Below are positions 35,272 through 43,774 of a DNA stretch of 52,375 nt, piece by piece; position 1 is the first letter of the stretch; each line of letters starts with the position of its first letter. This DNA is from an uncultured Candidatus Saccharibacteria bacterium. GTDB taxonomy: Bacteria; Patescibacteriota; Saccharimonadia; Saccharimonadales; JANWIN01. Below the pieces are notes generated by a model. That model worked only from the letters and a program-made list of their open reading frames with translations. It searched no databases and was not told where the DNA came from. Both the position numbers and the translations under genes were made by a program. Location: NCBI GenBank assembly GCA_964520375.1, contig CAZFNQ010000002.1, positions 1-52,375 of the forward strand. The letters are read 5' to 3'.

Positions 35272-35338
35272 AATAAGATAGTATACAGATATTAGTGATC
35301 AGCTTGTAGATGTTGGTAGTTTGCAATTTACTTGGAAT

Positions 35339-35797
35339 CTAGTAGATATCGACAATCTTGTAGATTGCAACTTCTGAATTGGCTTTTATTTCTACCATTT
35401 CACCCTCTTGTTTTCCCAGAAGAGCTTGACCAATTGGCGATTCATCAGAAATTTTACCGTTTAGAGGATCGGCCTCAACAGTACCGACAACTTGGAAATC
35501 TTTTGTCCTGCCATGGCCTTTAAGTTTTACGCTAGAGCCTAGTTGAACTTTGCTATCGCCGCGGGGTTTAGTTATAATCTCGACATTTTGTAAAATATGC
35601 TCAATTTCAGCAATGCGACCTTCCACGATTTCCTGCTCCTGGCGAGCGGAAGTATACTCAGCATTTTCAGCCAAATCACCAAATTCACGGGCGGTTTTAA
35701 TGCGCTCGGCTATTGGTCCGCGTTGTTCCAGCAATGCCTTGTGCTCAGTTTGGAGTTCTGCGACACCTTCTTTGGTCAGGTGAAATTGCTTTTTCAT
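35339..35797 (-). CDS. greA: Transcription elongation factor GreA
   Basis: Coiled-coil finger containing DLAENAEYTSARQEQ (the acidic tip DxxEN.EY). 152 aa. Confidence 0.9.
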   Translation of the reverse strand: MKKQFHLTKEGVAELQTEHKALLEQRGPIAERIKTAREFGDLAENAEYTSARQEQEIVEGRIAEIEHILQNVEIITKPRGDSKVQLGSSVKLKGHGRTKDFQVVGTVEADPLNGKISDESPIGQALLGKQEGEMVEIKANSEVAIYKIVDIY

Positions 35798-35868
35798 ATT
35801 TGCTCAGTGCTCCTTAGTTTTACCGCTATCAAAAGTATCTTTGAGGCTAGTTATAACTGTCCGATTCT

Positions 35869-37116
35869 TTAGCTCAATATCTTCAATATGTCGTTACCCT
35901 TGAGTAATTGAGTGCTTTGCTGCGTGCGGGACTTGAGTTCGTATTTATGCTCGGCTATTGTGTTGTCACTTACGACTATTCTGTAGGGTATTCCCATAAG
36001 ATCCCCGTCGGCGAACTTTTCGCCAGCGCGCAAATCTCGGTCATCATATAGTACAGCAACCCCTGAGTTAGTCAAGTCCTTATACAGTTTTTCACCGGCT
36101 TTATCCACTGCCTCAGTTACTCCAAGTCTTACAATAACAGCCTTAGCCGGTGCGATTTCAACTGGCCAAACCAAACCTTTATGATCGCTTAAAACTTCGG
36201 CAATTACCCCCATAGTACGTGATATACCTATGCCATAACAGCCCATAATAACTGGTTCGCGGTTGCCTGACTCATTGCTAAATTCAAGTCCGAGCTGTTT
36301 GGAATATTTTGTGCCTAAACTAAATATATTGCCAACCTCTACTGCCTTTTTTTCATCTAAGCCATCTTTTTTGAGGCCCAATTCTTGTAGAACTTCTGCA
36401 GAATAGACTTCGTTATTAACTGCAATTTTTTTATGCTTATCCAAATATATAGTGTCCTCTCCCGCCTCTGTTAGAGTTTGAAATTCGTCACTAAATTTGG
36501 CAAAAGTCCCGCCGCTGGCGAAGGTCAAATAAGTCAGATCTCCAAGGCCTAGGCGTTTGTATATTTTAAAATACGCTTGTTTGACCTGGTTATAGATTTG
36601 GTCATGTTCTTTTTGCGATTTGGCAAAGCTGTACATATCTTTCATTAAAAACTCACGGCCACGAAAAATACCGCTTTTGGCCCGCAGTTCATTACGGAAT
36701 TTGGTTTGAATTTGATAAATCAGTAGTGGTAAATCTTTGTATGAATTAACATAGTCAGTCAAAAGATTAGTTAGTGGCTCCTCGTGAGTTAGACCTAAAC
36801 CCACATCGGTGCCATTGGCCAGTTTAGTTTTAAACCAATCATCAATTACCTTATCATCCCAGCGTCCTGTCCGCTCCCACAGCTCCTTGGCCTGTAAGCT
36901 AGTTAGTCGCACTTCCTGACCACCGACAGCGTCCATTTCTTCTCGAATCACTCTAGAAATATTATCCAGAACTCTTACGCCGAGAGGCAAATAATCATAG
37001 GCACCGGCCATTTCTTTATGAATAAATCCAGCTTGTATCAGCAGCCTTGCATTGCGTGCCGTTTCATCAGATGGGACTTGCTTACGGGTTTTAGCAAAAA
37101 GCTCAGACAGTCTCAT
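35869..37116 (-). CDS. proS: Proline--tRNA ligase, bacterial-type catalytic core without the INS editing domain
   Basis: The N-terminus MRLSELFAKTRKQVPSDETARNARLLIQAGFI... parallels E. coli ProRS. FRNELRAKSGIFRGREF is motif 2. At 415 aa there is no room for the roughly 180-aa INS insertion. Confidence 0.9.
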   Translation of the reverse strand: MRLSELFAKTRKQVPSDETARNARLLIQAGFIHKEMAGAYDYLPLGVRVLDNISRVIREEMDAVGGQEVRLTSLQAKELWERTGRWDDKVIDDWFKTKLANGTDVGLGLTHEEPLTNLLTDYVNSYKDLPLLIYQIQTKFRNELRAKSGIFRGREFLMKDMYSFAKSQKEHDQIYNQVKQAYFKIYKRLGLGDLTYLTFASGGTFAKFSDEFQTLTEAGEDTIYLDKHKKIAVNNEVYSAEVLQELGLKKDGLDEKKAVEVGNIFSLGTKYSKQLGLEFSNESGNREPVIMGCYGIGISRTMGVIAEVLSDHKGLVWPVEIAPAKAVIVRLGVTEAVDKAGEKLYKDLTNSGVAVLYDDRDLRAGEKFADGDLMGIPYRIVVSDNTIAEHKYELKSRTQQSTQLLKGNDILKILS

Positions 37117-37184
37117 AAATTCTCTTTCTGATTGTTATCAAAAATATTGTACCCTATTTTGGGCAAAATAAGGGAAAAGAGGCG

Positions 37185-38051
37185 CTAGACTAAGTGAAAA
37201 ACGAACAGACTTAAAAAAGCTATGGTATTTTTTAGCATATGTAGACCTATGCAAGCCCATAAGCTGCCAGTTTTTTGTCTCAAGTAAATAAGTACAAAAG
37301 ATAACACAAAGGTGTCGAGTGCGGCTGTCCAAAGCAGTGGTTCCCCGGTGCCAGCTTGTAAGTGGGCTATCGCAAATAAACTACTGGTAATTATGGCTGC
37401 CCAGATTATGGGTAAGCCTTTCTTCAACCCAGAAAATAAGAAACCCCTAACCATCAATTCCTCTACCACAGGTGGTAGGATTGCTAGGCTAACAAACACA
37501 AACGGCAATTGTATGCCATTGGCACCCTTAAATCCTATAATTTGTTGCTGATTCGTATCAATTCGCGGCAAAACTTCCTTTAAAACATATAGTAGGATTA
37601 AATAAACGATAAAGTAAAATCCAAAACCAATTAATACCCAACCGATGTCTTTGAGTTTTGGCTTATTTTTAAGACCAATGGTTTTTAGACTGGCACCTCG
37701 CCTTTTTAGAAATATATATAGAAGCCAAAATGTTACTGCTTCAACTGCCGCCACCAGTAAAAACTGACCATAAACGTTGTTATCCAGCCAGTTGCTAATT
37801 ACTAGTTGGCCCTTGCCGATTAGCAATGGTGGTGCATAAATTAGCAAGGCACCAATAAATTGCCCGCCAAAATAAATTGCCAATGTAACAGCTACTGATT
37901 CCAGCGGTGTCCAGCTAATTTTCCCGGGTTTTACTATAGATGGCCGAGCAAAATATCGCACTAAGCCGTAAATAGCCAGAAGCAGCAGTGGTGTTGCCCA
38001 ATTAATACCAGTAATTGCAAGCATAAAACTACAACCTGCGAATATCAACAA
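37185..38051 (-). CDS. CPBP family intramembrane glutamic endopeptidase (CAAX protease-like)
   Basis: Polytopic protein with the EELMVRGF (EExxxR) and FAIAH motifs. The start is uncertain: an alternative ATG at 38024 removes the overlap with rseP. Confidence 0.8.
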   Translation of the reverse strand: MLIFAGCSFMLAITGINWATPLLLLAIYGLVRYFARPSIVKPGKISWTPLESVAVTLAIYFGGQFIGALLIYAPPLLIGKGQLVISNWLDNNVYGQFLLVAAVEAVTFWLLYIFLKRRGASLKTIGLKNKPKLKDIGWVLIGFGFYFIVYLILLYVLKEVLPRIDTNQQQIIGFKGANGIQLPFVFVSLAILPPVVEELMVRGFLFSGLKKGLPIIWAAIITSSLFAIAHLQAGTGEPLLWTAALDTFVLSFVLIYLRQKTGSLWACIGLHMLKNTIAFLSLFVFHLV

Positions 38052-39153
38052 TGGTGATCAGTACAAATAAGACCATCAGCAGTGCGAAGCCGGTACCGTG
38101 AATCCATTCTTCGGTTTTTTGCTTCAATGGTTTACGAATAAGTCTAAACAGCAAGGTTACAAACAGCCTGCCACCATCTAGCGCCGGTATAGGTAATATA
38201 TTCATAATAGCTAAGGTCAGTGAGATTATTGCTACTATCATAAGAATAAACTGATAACCTAACAAACTGCCGTTTTTAAGCAGCGTGAAGATACCCACTG
38301 GCCCGGCTACTTGCTGGCTTGCTTGCGAGCCATGGCCAGTAAATAAAGCGCCAAGAGCTCGTCCTAAACCTTGAAAAGTTAAAAATGTAAATTGTTTAAT
38401 AAGCCCTACGGCTACAATCGGCGCCGACCAAGTTGATTTTTGCAGTGTGTATTCCGTAGGTGATATACCAAGATAACCTTTGGGCTTACTTGTATTTTTA
38501 CTAGCTTCTACTTCTTGACTAGTACGCAACTGAGCGCTCAATTGCTGTTGTTTACCATTGCGTATGATGTTAATCTGCACGATTTGACCAGCATCTTGTT
38601 TTGTAAGTTCTGGTAGCTGATCCTGCGACGTAACAGATTGAGCTACTTGATTAATAGCAGCGAGCGATATTATTTCATCTCTGGTTTGCAAACCAGCTTT
38701 TTGAGCTGGTGAATTGGGCTCAATGTAGCCAACTAAGACTTGGTTTTTTAAAATCTTGGTATCGCTTTTTACTGTAAACTGATTATCAATCAGTTTCGGT
38801 AAGCCAACTAGAGCCAGTATGATCAATAAAATGTAGGCCGTTAGTAGGTTCATCATCACTCCGGCTAACATAATTTTAGTTTTAACCCATAAATTAGCGG
38901 CTCCATAAGTGCCGGGTTTAGTATCGGCGTCATGTTCACCTTTTAGTCTTACAAATCCACCTAGTGGCAACCAGTTTAGACTGAAAATAAAACCAGCCTT
39001 GGTTTTTTTGCTCCAGGCTCGTGGTGGAAAACCAATTGCAAACTCCTCTACCTTCACCCTACTGCGCCGGGCCACAATAAAATGACCAAACTCATGGACT
39101 ACAACTAAACCGACAAATAGTAATAAGCCTAGTATTAAAAGTATTACTGACAT
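38029..39153 (-). CDS. rseP: RIP (site-2) zinc metalloprotease RseP/RasP, M50 family, with a PDZ domain
   Basis: HEFGHF (HExxH) in TM1, a PDZ segment (PNSPAQKAGLQTRDEII) and NILPIPALDGG (the NxxPxxxLDG motif). Confidence 0.9.
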   Translation of the reverse strand: MSVILLILGLLLFVGLVVVHEFGHFIVARRSRVKVEEFAIGFPPRAWSKKTKAGFIFSLNWLPLGGFVRLKGEHDADTKPGTYGAANLWVKTKIMLAGVMMNLLTAYILLIILALVGLPKLIDNQFTVKSDTKILKNQVLVGYIEPNSPAQKAGLQTRDEIISLAAINQVAQSVTSQDQLPELTKQDAGQIVQINIIRNGKQQQLSAQLRTSQEVEASKNTSKPKGYLGISPTEYTLQKSTWSAPIVAVGLIKQFTFLTFQGLGRALGALFTGHGSQASQQVAGPVGIFTLLKNGSLLGYQFILMIVAIISLTLAIMNILPIPALDGGRLFVTLLFRLIRKPLKQKTEEWIHGTGFALLMVLFVLITIVDIRRL

Positions 39154-39268
39154 GCTTATACAGTATAGCTTAGTTTGTTTGTGCTTGGTATTAAGTTATG
39201 ACTGGCTAAAATATAAATTAACAGATGTAGAGGATGATTTATATTGAGTACTATATTTATTCAATTTT

Positions 39269-39832
39269 CTATACCTTCATGATTTCTTGCTCTTTGGCAT
39301 TGGCCAGTGAATCAATGTTAGCCTTGTGTTTAGCAACTAATTCGTCAAGCTGTCTTTTAATAGAAGTGAGGTCATCTTCTGTAATAGCCTTGTTCTTTTT
39401 GGCCTGTTCGGCATCTTTGAGTGCCTCGTGGCGGGCATTGCGCATAGTAATCATGCAGTCTTCTACTTTGGTACCTAAAACCTTTACAAAGTCTCGTCGG
39501 CGCTCTTCTGTGAGAGGTGGTATTTGAATTCGTACTACGTGGCCGTCGTCCATTGGGTTTAATCCCAAAGCTTGGTTATCCCGTATGGCGCCAGCAATAG
39601 CTTGAATGTTAGCTGGGTCAAACGGGGTGATTTGTAAAAGTTGTGGTTCAGGCACGGTAATACTACCTACCTGCATCAGCGGCATCTGTGAACCATATGC
39701 TTCTACCATGATACCGTCTAACATACTGGGGTGCGCCCGCCCAGTGCGCAGCTTATTCATTTCTTCTTTAAAATGAGCAACAGAGGTGTCAAATTTGGTT
39801 TTAGCCTGGTCAATTACTTGGCTTGGGCCCAT
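39269..39832 (-). CDS. frr: Ribosome recycling factor
   Basis: 187 aa. LRTGRAHPSMLDGIMVEAYG, IPPLTEERRRD and TDEAIKKVD-like patterns. Confidence 0.95.
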   Translation of the reverse strand: MGPSQVIDQAKTKFDTSVAHFKEEMNKLRTGRAHPSMLDGIMVEAYGSQMPLMQVGSITVPEPQLLQITPFDPANIQAIAGAIRDNQALGLNPMDDGHVVRIQIPPLTEERRRDFVKVLGTKVEDCMITMRNARHEALKDAEQAKKNKAITEDDLTSIKRQLDELVAKHKANIDSLANAKEQEIMKV

Positions 39833-39847
39833 AAACTTATTCTACGC

Positions 39848-40444
39848 TTAAACTTCACCTAGAACCATACGGGAAAAACGGCGGACGATAATATTTTCGC
39901 CCAGTTTGGCAATATGCTCCTTCACGAACTCTCCGACAGTGATATCTAAATCTTTAACAAATGGCTGATCCATCAGACATTTTTCGCTGAAATGTTTTTT
40001 TACCATACCATCTACGATATTAGATATCATGTTTGCTGGTTTACCTTGGCTTTTGGCTTGGTCTCTAAACTCATCCACGATTTTTTTCCGAGCCTCTGAA
40101 GGTACTTCTTCAAGGCTTACGTATAGCGGAGCACTGGCAGCAATATGCATAGCCAAATCTTTAACAAGGTTGGTAAACAATTCGTTTCGAGCTACAAAAT
40201 CTGTTTCACAGTTAACTTCCACTAAAACACCGATACGTCCATCATGGTTGTAAGTGCCAATCACACCGGCTCGAGCCTCGCGCTCGCCACGTTTTTCAGC
40301 CTTGGTGAGGCCTTTTTTTCGCATAGCGGCCAGAGCTTTGTCGAAATCTCCATTGACCTCTTCCAGTGCAGCTTTGGCGTCGGTTAATCCTACGCCTGTT
40401 AGATTTTTTAGTCTTTTTACATCTTCTAAATTAATATTTGCCAT
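39848..40444 (-). CDS. tsf: Elongation factor Ts (short form)
   Basis: N-terminal UBA-like VKRLKNLTGVGLTDAKAALEEVNGDFDKA, and VLVEVNCETDFVARN. 198 aa. Confidence 0.9.
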   Translation of the reverse strand: MANINLEDVKRLKNLTGVGLTDAKAALEEVNGDFDKALAAMRKKGLTKAEKRGEREARAGVIGTYNHDGRIGVLVEVNCETDFVARNELFTNLVKDLAMHIAASAPLYVSLEEVPSEARKKIVDEFRDQAKSQGKPANMISNIVDGMVKKHFSEKCLMDQPFVKDLDITVGEFVKEHIAKLGENIIVRRFSRMVLGEV

Positions 40445-40445
40445 C

Positions 40446-41273
40446 TTATTCTTCCTCGTCTTTTTTGGTACTTTCGTCCTTGTCTGGTTTGGGCATCTTT
40501 TGCTTAGCTTTACCCTGCTCTATGGCTTGGCCCACATAATCGGCCATTAGCTGAATGGTTTTTATAGCATCATCATTAGATGGTATCGGGTAATCAACTA
40601 AGCTTGGGTCGGCATTAGTATCTACCAACGCGACTGTTTTAAGTCCCAGCTTACGGGACTCTTTAAGGGCATTGTGCTCATGAGTAATATCTACTATAAA
40701 CACGGCGCCGGGTTTGACAGCTAGGTTTTTAATACCACCGTATAGGTGGTTCATTTGGTCAATTTCCTCCTGGAAACGCTGCAACTCCAGTTTGCTATAT
40801 TTAGAAGCTAATTGACCTGATGCCATTTTGTCTTCAAGATCTTTGAGGTGCTTTATGCGACCGCCAATGGTTTTTTGGTTGGTTAGCATGCCGCCAATCC
40901 AACGTTCCGTAACAAAGGGCATATTGGTATCTTGAGCAAGTTTGTAGATTATATCCTTAGCCTGGCGTTTTGTGCCAACTAATAAGACTTGTTTACCGGC
41001 CGCGGCTGTTTCGTTCAAGAATTTTAGAGCTGTTTCTAGTGCCGGAACAGTTTTGGTTAGATCAATAATGTGGCTACCTTCACGCTTACTGTGAATGTAT
41101 TGGGCCATTTTAGGATGCCAGCGACTGGTTTTATGCCCAAAATGTGCCCCAGCCTCTAGTAAGTTCTTAATATCTACACTAGCAGTAATTTGTTTTATTT
41201 TACTAGAATCAATAGCTTCCTTAGTAAGCTTATTTTTTACTGAACCTACTTTTTTTGTAGTTGTTATTGCCAT
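40446..41273 (-). CDS. rpsB: 30S ribosomal protein S2
   Basis: LLEAGAHFGH, GG..TN and VDTNADP motifs. I chose the ATG at 41273 (MAITTTKK), which has an AAGGA SD; the track ORF extends to 41291. The C-terminal tail is acidic and Lys-rich. Confidence 0.95.
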   Translation of the reverse strand: MAITTTKKVGSVKNKLTKEAIDSSKIKQITASVDIKNLLEAGAHFGHKTSRWHPKMAQYIHSKREGSHIIDLTKTVPALETALKFLNETAAAGKQVLLVGTKRQAKDIIYKLAQDTNMPFVTERWIGGMLTNQKTIGGRIKHLKDLEDKMASGQLASKYSKLELQRFQEEIDQMNHLYGGIKNLAVKPGAVFIVDITHEHNALKESRKLGLKTVALVDTNADPSLVDYPIPSNDDAIKTIQLMADYVGQAIEQGKAKQKMPKPDKDESTKKDEEE

Positions 41274-41366
41274 GTAATCCTTTCTCTTCACTTGGGATAG
41301 CTTACCGCCCCTACATGGAAACGGTAAACAGGATTCTCTCCCAGCTGATTATTAATTGACTATCTT

Positions 41367-41395
41367 AATATAACAGATAGGTTACTCTGTTACAA
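41367..41395 (-). promoter_or_regulatory. Candidate sigma-70-type promoter for rpsB-tsf
   Basis: On the minus strand: TTGTAA (41395-41390), a 17-nt spacer, then TATATT (41372-41367). This would give a leader of about 85-90 nt before the rpsB ATG. Confidence 0.35.
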
Positions 41396-41419
41396 GTCTG
41401 GTTTAAGAAGTTAATATTC

Positions 41420-41448
41420 TTGACTCCTTAATAACAGATATGTATACT
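41420..41448 (+). promoter_or_regulatory. Candidate sigma-70-type promoter for rpmE
   Basis: TTGACT (41420-41425), a 17-nt spacer, then TATACT (41443-41448). The ATG at 41461 lies only about 6 nt from the predicted start site and there is no SD, so the transcript would be near-leaderless. Confidence 0.4.
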
Positions 41449-41460
41449 TGACCGCTGACT

Positions 41461-41814
41461 ATGAAGAAAGGTATTCACGCAGATAACTACCGAGTTGTGG
41501 TCTTTGAGGACCTCAATAACGGCATTAAGTTCTTGACTCGTTCCACCGTGGCAACTGAGGAAACTATTAAGTGGGAAGATGGCAAAGAATATCCTTTGGT
41601 GAAAGTGCATATTTCTAGCGCTTCACATCCTTTTTTTACCGGTGAGGAACGAGTTGTAGACATTGAGGGTCGAGTAGATAAGTTTAAGGCCCGAGCAGCG
41701 GCAGGTAAAGCCGCTCGTGATAAGCTGGCCCACGCTGCTAAAAAGCAAACTGCCCGCAAGGCGGCCAAGCAAGAAAAACAGGCTGCCAAAGCAGAAGTTA
41801 AAACCGGTCAATAA
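41461..41814 (+). CDS. rpmE: 50S ribosomal protein L31, type B (no zinc-binding Cys), with a Lys/Ala-rich C-terminal extension
   Basis: [29 protein letters not shown]...HPFFTG has no CxxC motifs. About 35 extra residues ([34 protein letters not shown]) follow. Confidence 0.9.
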   Translation: MKKGIHADNYRVVVFEDLNNGIKFLTRSTVATEETIKWEDGKEYPLVKVHISSASHPFFTGEERVVDIEGRVDKFKARAAAGKAARDKLAHAAKKQTARKAAKQEKQAAKAEVKTGQ

Positions 41815-41828
41815 CTATACAATCGAAA

Positions 41829-41866
41829 AACCGCTTACAAGATAGTACTTGTTGGCGGTTTTCTTT
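41829..41866 (+). terminator. Rho-independent terminator after rpmE
   Basis: A 13-bp stem: aaccgcttacaag (41829-41841) pairs with cttgttggcggtt (41848-41860), with one G-U pair and one mismatch and a 6-nt loop. It is followed by ttttctttat. Confidence 0.6.
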
Positions 41867-41883
41867 ATACTTAAGGTAAGGAT

Positions 41884-42942
41884 ATGGAAGCTAAAGAGCT
41901 AAAATTAAGACAAGAATTCGCGGATTTGCAAAAAAAGCTGCAAGATCCAGCAGTTTTTAGTTCCCGCGAATATCCAAGATTGGCTAAGCGCCAGCAGGAA
42001 TTGGACCGCCTAATTAAACTTTTTGACAAGCGAACTGAACTTGAACGGCAAAAATCTGAAGCTGAGATCATGTCCAAGGGTACAGATGACATGGCAGAGC
42101 TGGCTAAAAACGAACTTGTAGAACTCAGCCAAAAGCTCTCAGCGCTAGGCTATCAGCTTTCAGCTCTTCTAACTCCGAAAGACCCCAATGACGAGCGGGA
42201 TGCTATTGTTGAGATTAGGGCAGCTGCTGGTGGAGATGAATCTAGTATCTTTGCCGGAGAGCTCTACCGCATGTACAGTCGTTGGTGTGAAAGAAAGAAC
42301 TATCTAGTCGAGCTTATAAGCGAAAGCCCGAGCGAAGCTGGCGGTTATAAAGAGATTATTTTTGCTGTCCGCGGCCTAGACGCCTATCGCCAATTGAAGT
42401 TTGAGGCCGGAGTTCACCGTGTGCAGCGGGTACCAGCCACCGAGAGTCAGGGGCGCATCCATACCAGCACCGTCACCGTAGCTGTAATGCCAGAGGCTGA
42501 AGAAACTGATGTAGACATAAAAGATGCGGATCTGCGTATAGATGTCTTCCGTTCGGGTGGGCACGGTGGACAAAGTGTCAATACCACCGATAGCGCAGTA
42601 CGAATCACACACTTGCCGACTGGCATTGTTGTAGCCAATCAGGACGAGAAATCCCAGATTAAAAATAAGGCCAAGGCAATGAGCGTATTGCGCTCTAGAC
42701 TACTTCAAAAGAAGATAGACGATGAACAGCAGGATTTATCTGATGCCCGCAAAAAATTGATTGGTACAGGTGACCGTAGCGAGAAAATTCGAACTTATAA
42801 TTACCCTCAAGATAGAGTTACCGACCATCGCATTAGTTACAGCCGAAGTAATTTGCCGGGAATGATGGATGGCAATTTTGACGACATGACCGACAAGCTC
42901 CTGGCCTACGAACACGAGTTACTTAGTAATGAAACTCGGTGA
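41884..42942 (+). CDS. prfA: Peptide chain release factor 1
   Basis: PxT tripeptide (RVPATES), GGQ (GGHGGQSVN) and RTYNYPQDRVTDHR. 352 aa. Confidence 0.95.
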   Translation: MEAKELKLRQEFADLQKKLQDPAVFSSREYPRLAKRQQELDRLIKLFDKRTELERQKSEAEIMSKGTDDMAELAKNELVELSQKLSALGYQLSALLTPKDPNDERDAIVEIRAAAGGDESSIFAGELYRMYSRWCERKNYLVELISESPSEAGGYKEIIFAVRGLDAYRQLKFEAGVHRVQRVPATESQGRIHTSTVTVAVMPEAEETDVDIKDADLRIDVFRSGGHGGQSVNTTDSAVRITHLPTGIVVANQDEKSQIKNKAKAMSVLRSRLLQKKIDDEQQDLSDARKKLIGTGDRSEKIRTYNYPQDRVTDHRISYSRSNLPGMMDGNFDDMTDKLLAYEHELLSNETR

Positions 42943-43774
42943 TTGGCTAAAGCAAGCGACTACTGGGCTTGAGCAAGCAAATATTGGCACGGCCAGGCTT
43001 GATGCCTTAGTTTTGCTGGAAGATTTCACTGGCAAGAACCGAGCCTGGCTACTTGCCCATCTAAATAATATTATGGAGGATCCAGTCTTTAACAAATTGA
43101 ATCAACAGCTGAAGCGTAGGATGAATCATGAGCCTCTGGCATATATCAGAGGTAAAACTGAGTTTTATGGTCGTGAATTCTTAATTAATAACGATGTTCT
43201 TGAGCCAAGGCCTGAATCCGAGGCAATAATTGAACTCCTGAAAGAGTTAGTTGACAGCAGACACCAACCGGCAGATAGAAAATATATCATCCTCGACATT
43301 GGAACTGGATCTGGGGCCCTAGCCGTATCAGCTAAATTGGAAATACCAGAAGCGGAGGTCATTGCTACAGATATTGATCCTAAATGCCTATGGGTGGCCG
43401 GCCAAAATTCTAAAAAGCACCGAGTTAACATTAAGCTCTTCTCTGGTAACCTACTGGAACCTTTAACCCCTCTGCACCATAACCCTGTCGTTATACTTGC
43501 CAACCTACCATATGTGCCTGATGGATTTACCATCAACCAGGCAGCTATGAATGAGCCTAAAATAGCCATTTTTGGAGGCAAAGACGGTCTGGATATTTAT
43601 AGAAGTCTCTTCCGGCAAATTGCAGGAATCTTGCAAGGGTTAAAAAAACCGAAGTACATTCTGACCGAGAGCTTGCCCTCTCAACACGATAAACTAAAAA
43701 AAATCGCCCAAGAAACAGGCTACCAATTAAAAACTACTAACGATTTCATCCAACTGTTTGAAGTTGTAAACTAG
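42929..43774 (+). CDS. prmC: Release-factor glutamine N5-methyltransferase PrmC/HemK
   Basis: LAYIRGKTEFYGREF, ILDIGTGSGALA (motif I) and ANLPYVP (the NPPY position reads NLPY). It overlaps the prfA 3' end by 14 nt. Confidence 0.85.
   Translation: MKLGDWLKQATTGLEQANIGTARLDALVLLEDFTGKNRAWLLAHLNNIMEDPVFNKLNQQLKRRMNHEPLAYIRGKTEFYGREFLINNDVLEPRPESEAIIELLKELVDSRHQPADRKYIILDIGTGSGALAVSAKLEIPEAEVIATDIDPKCLWVAGQNSKKHRVNIKLFSGNLLEPLTPLHHNPVVILANLPYVPDGFTINQAAMNEPKIAIFGGKDGLDIYRSLFRQIAGILQGLKKPKYILTESLPSQHDKLKKIAQETGYQLKTTNDFIQLFEVVN

Noticed and set aside
37138-37332. 64-aa minus-strand ORF overlapping the 3' end of the CPBP protease gene, and a 62-aa ORF at 23350-23538 inside ftsE
   Set aside because: They are alternative frames of the same strand inside well-supported genes, with no independent signals.
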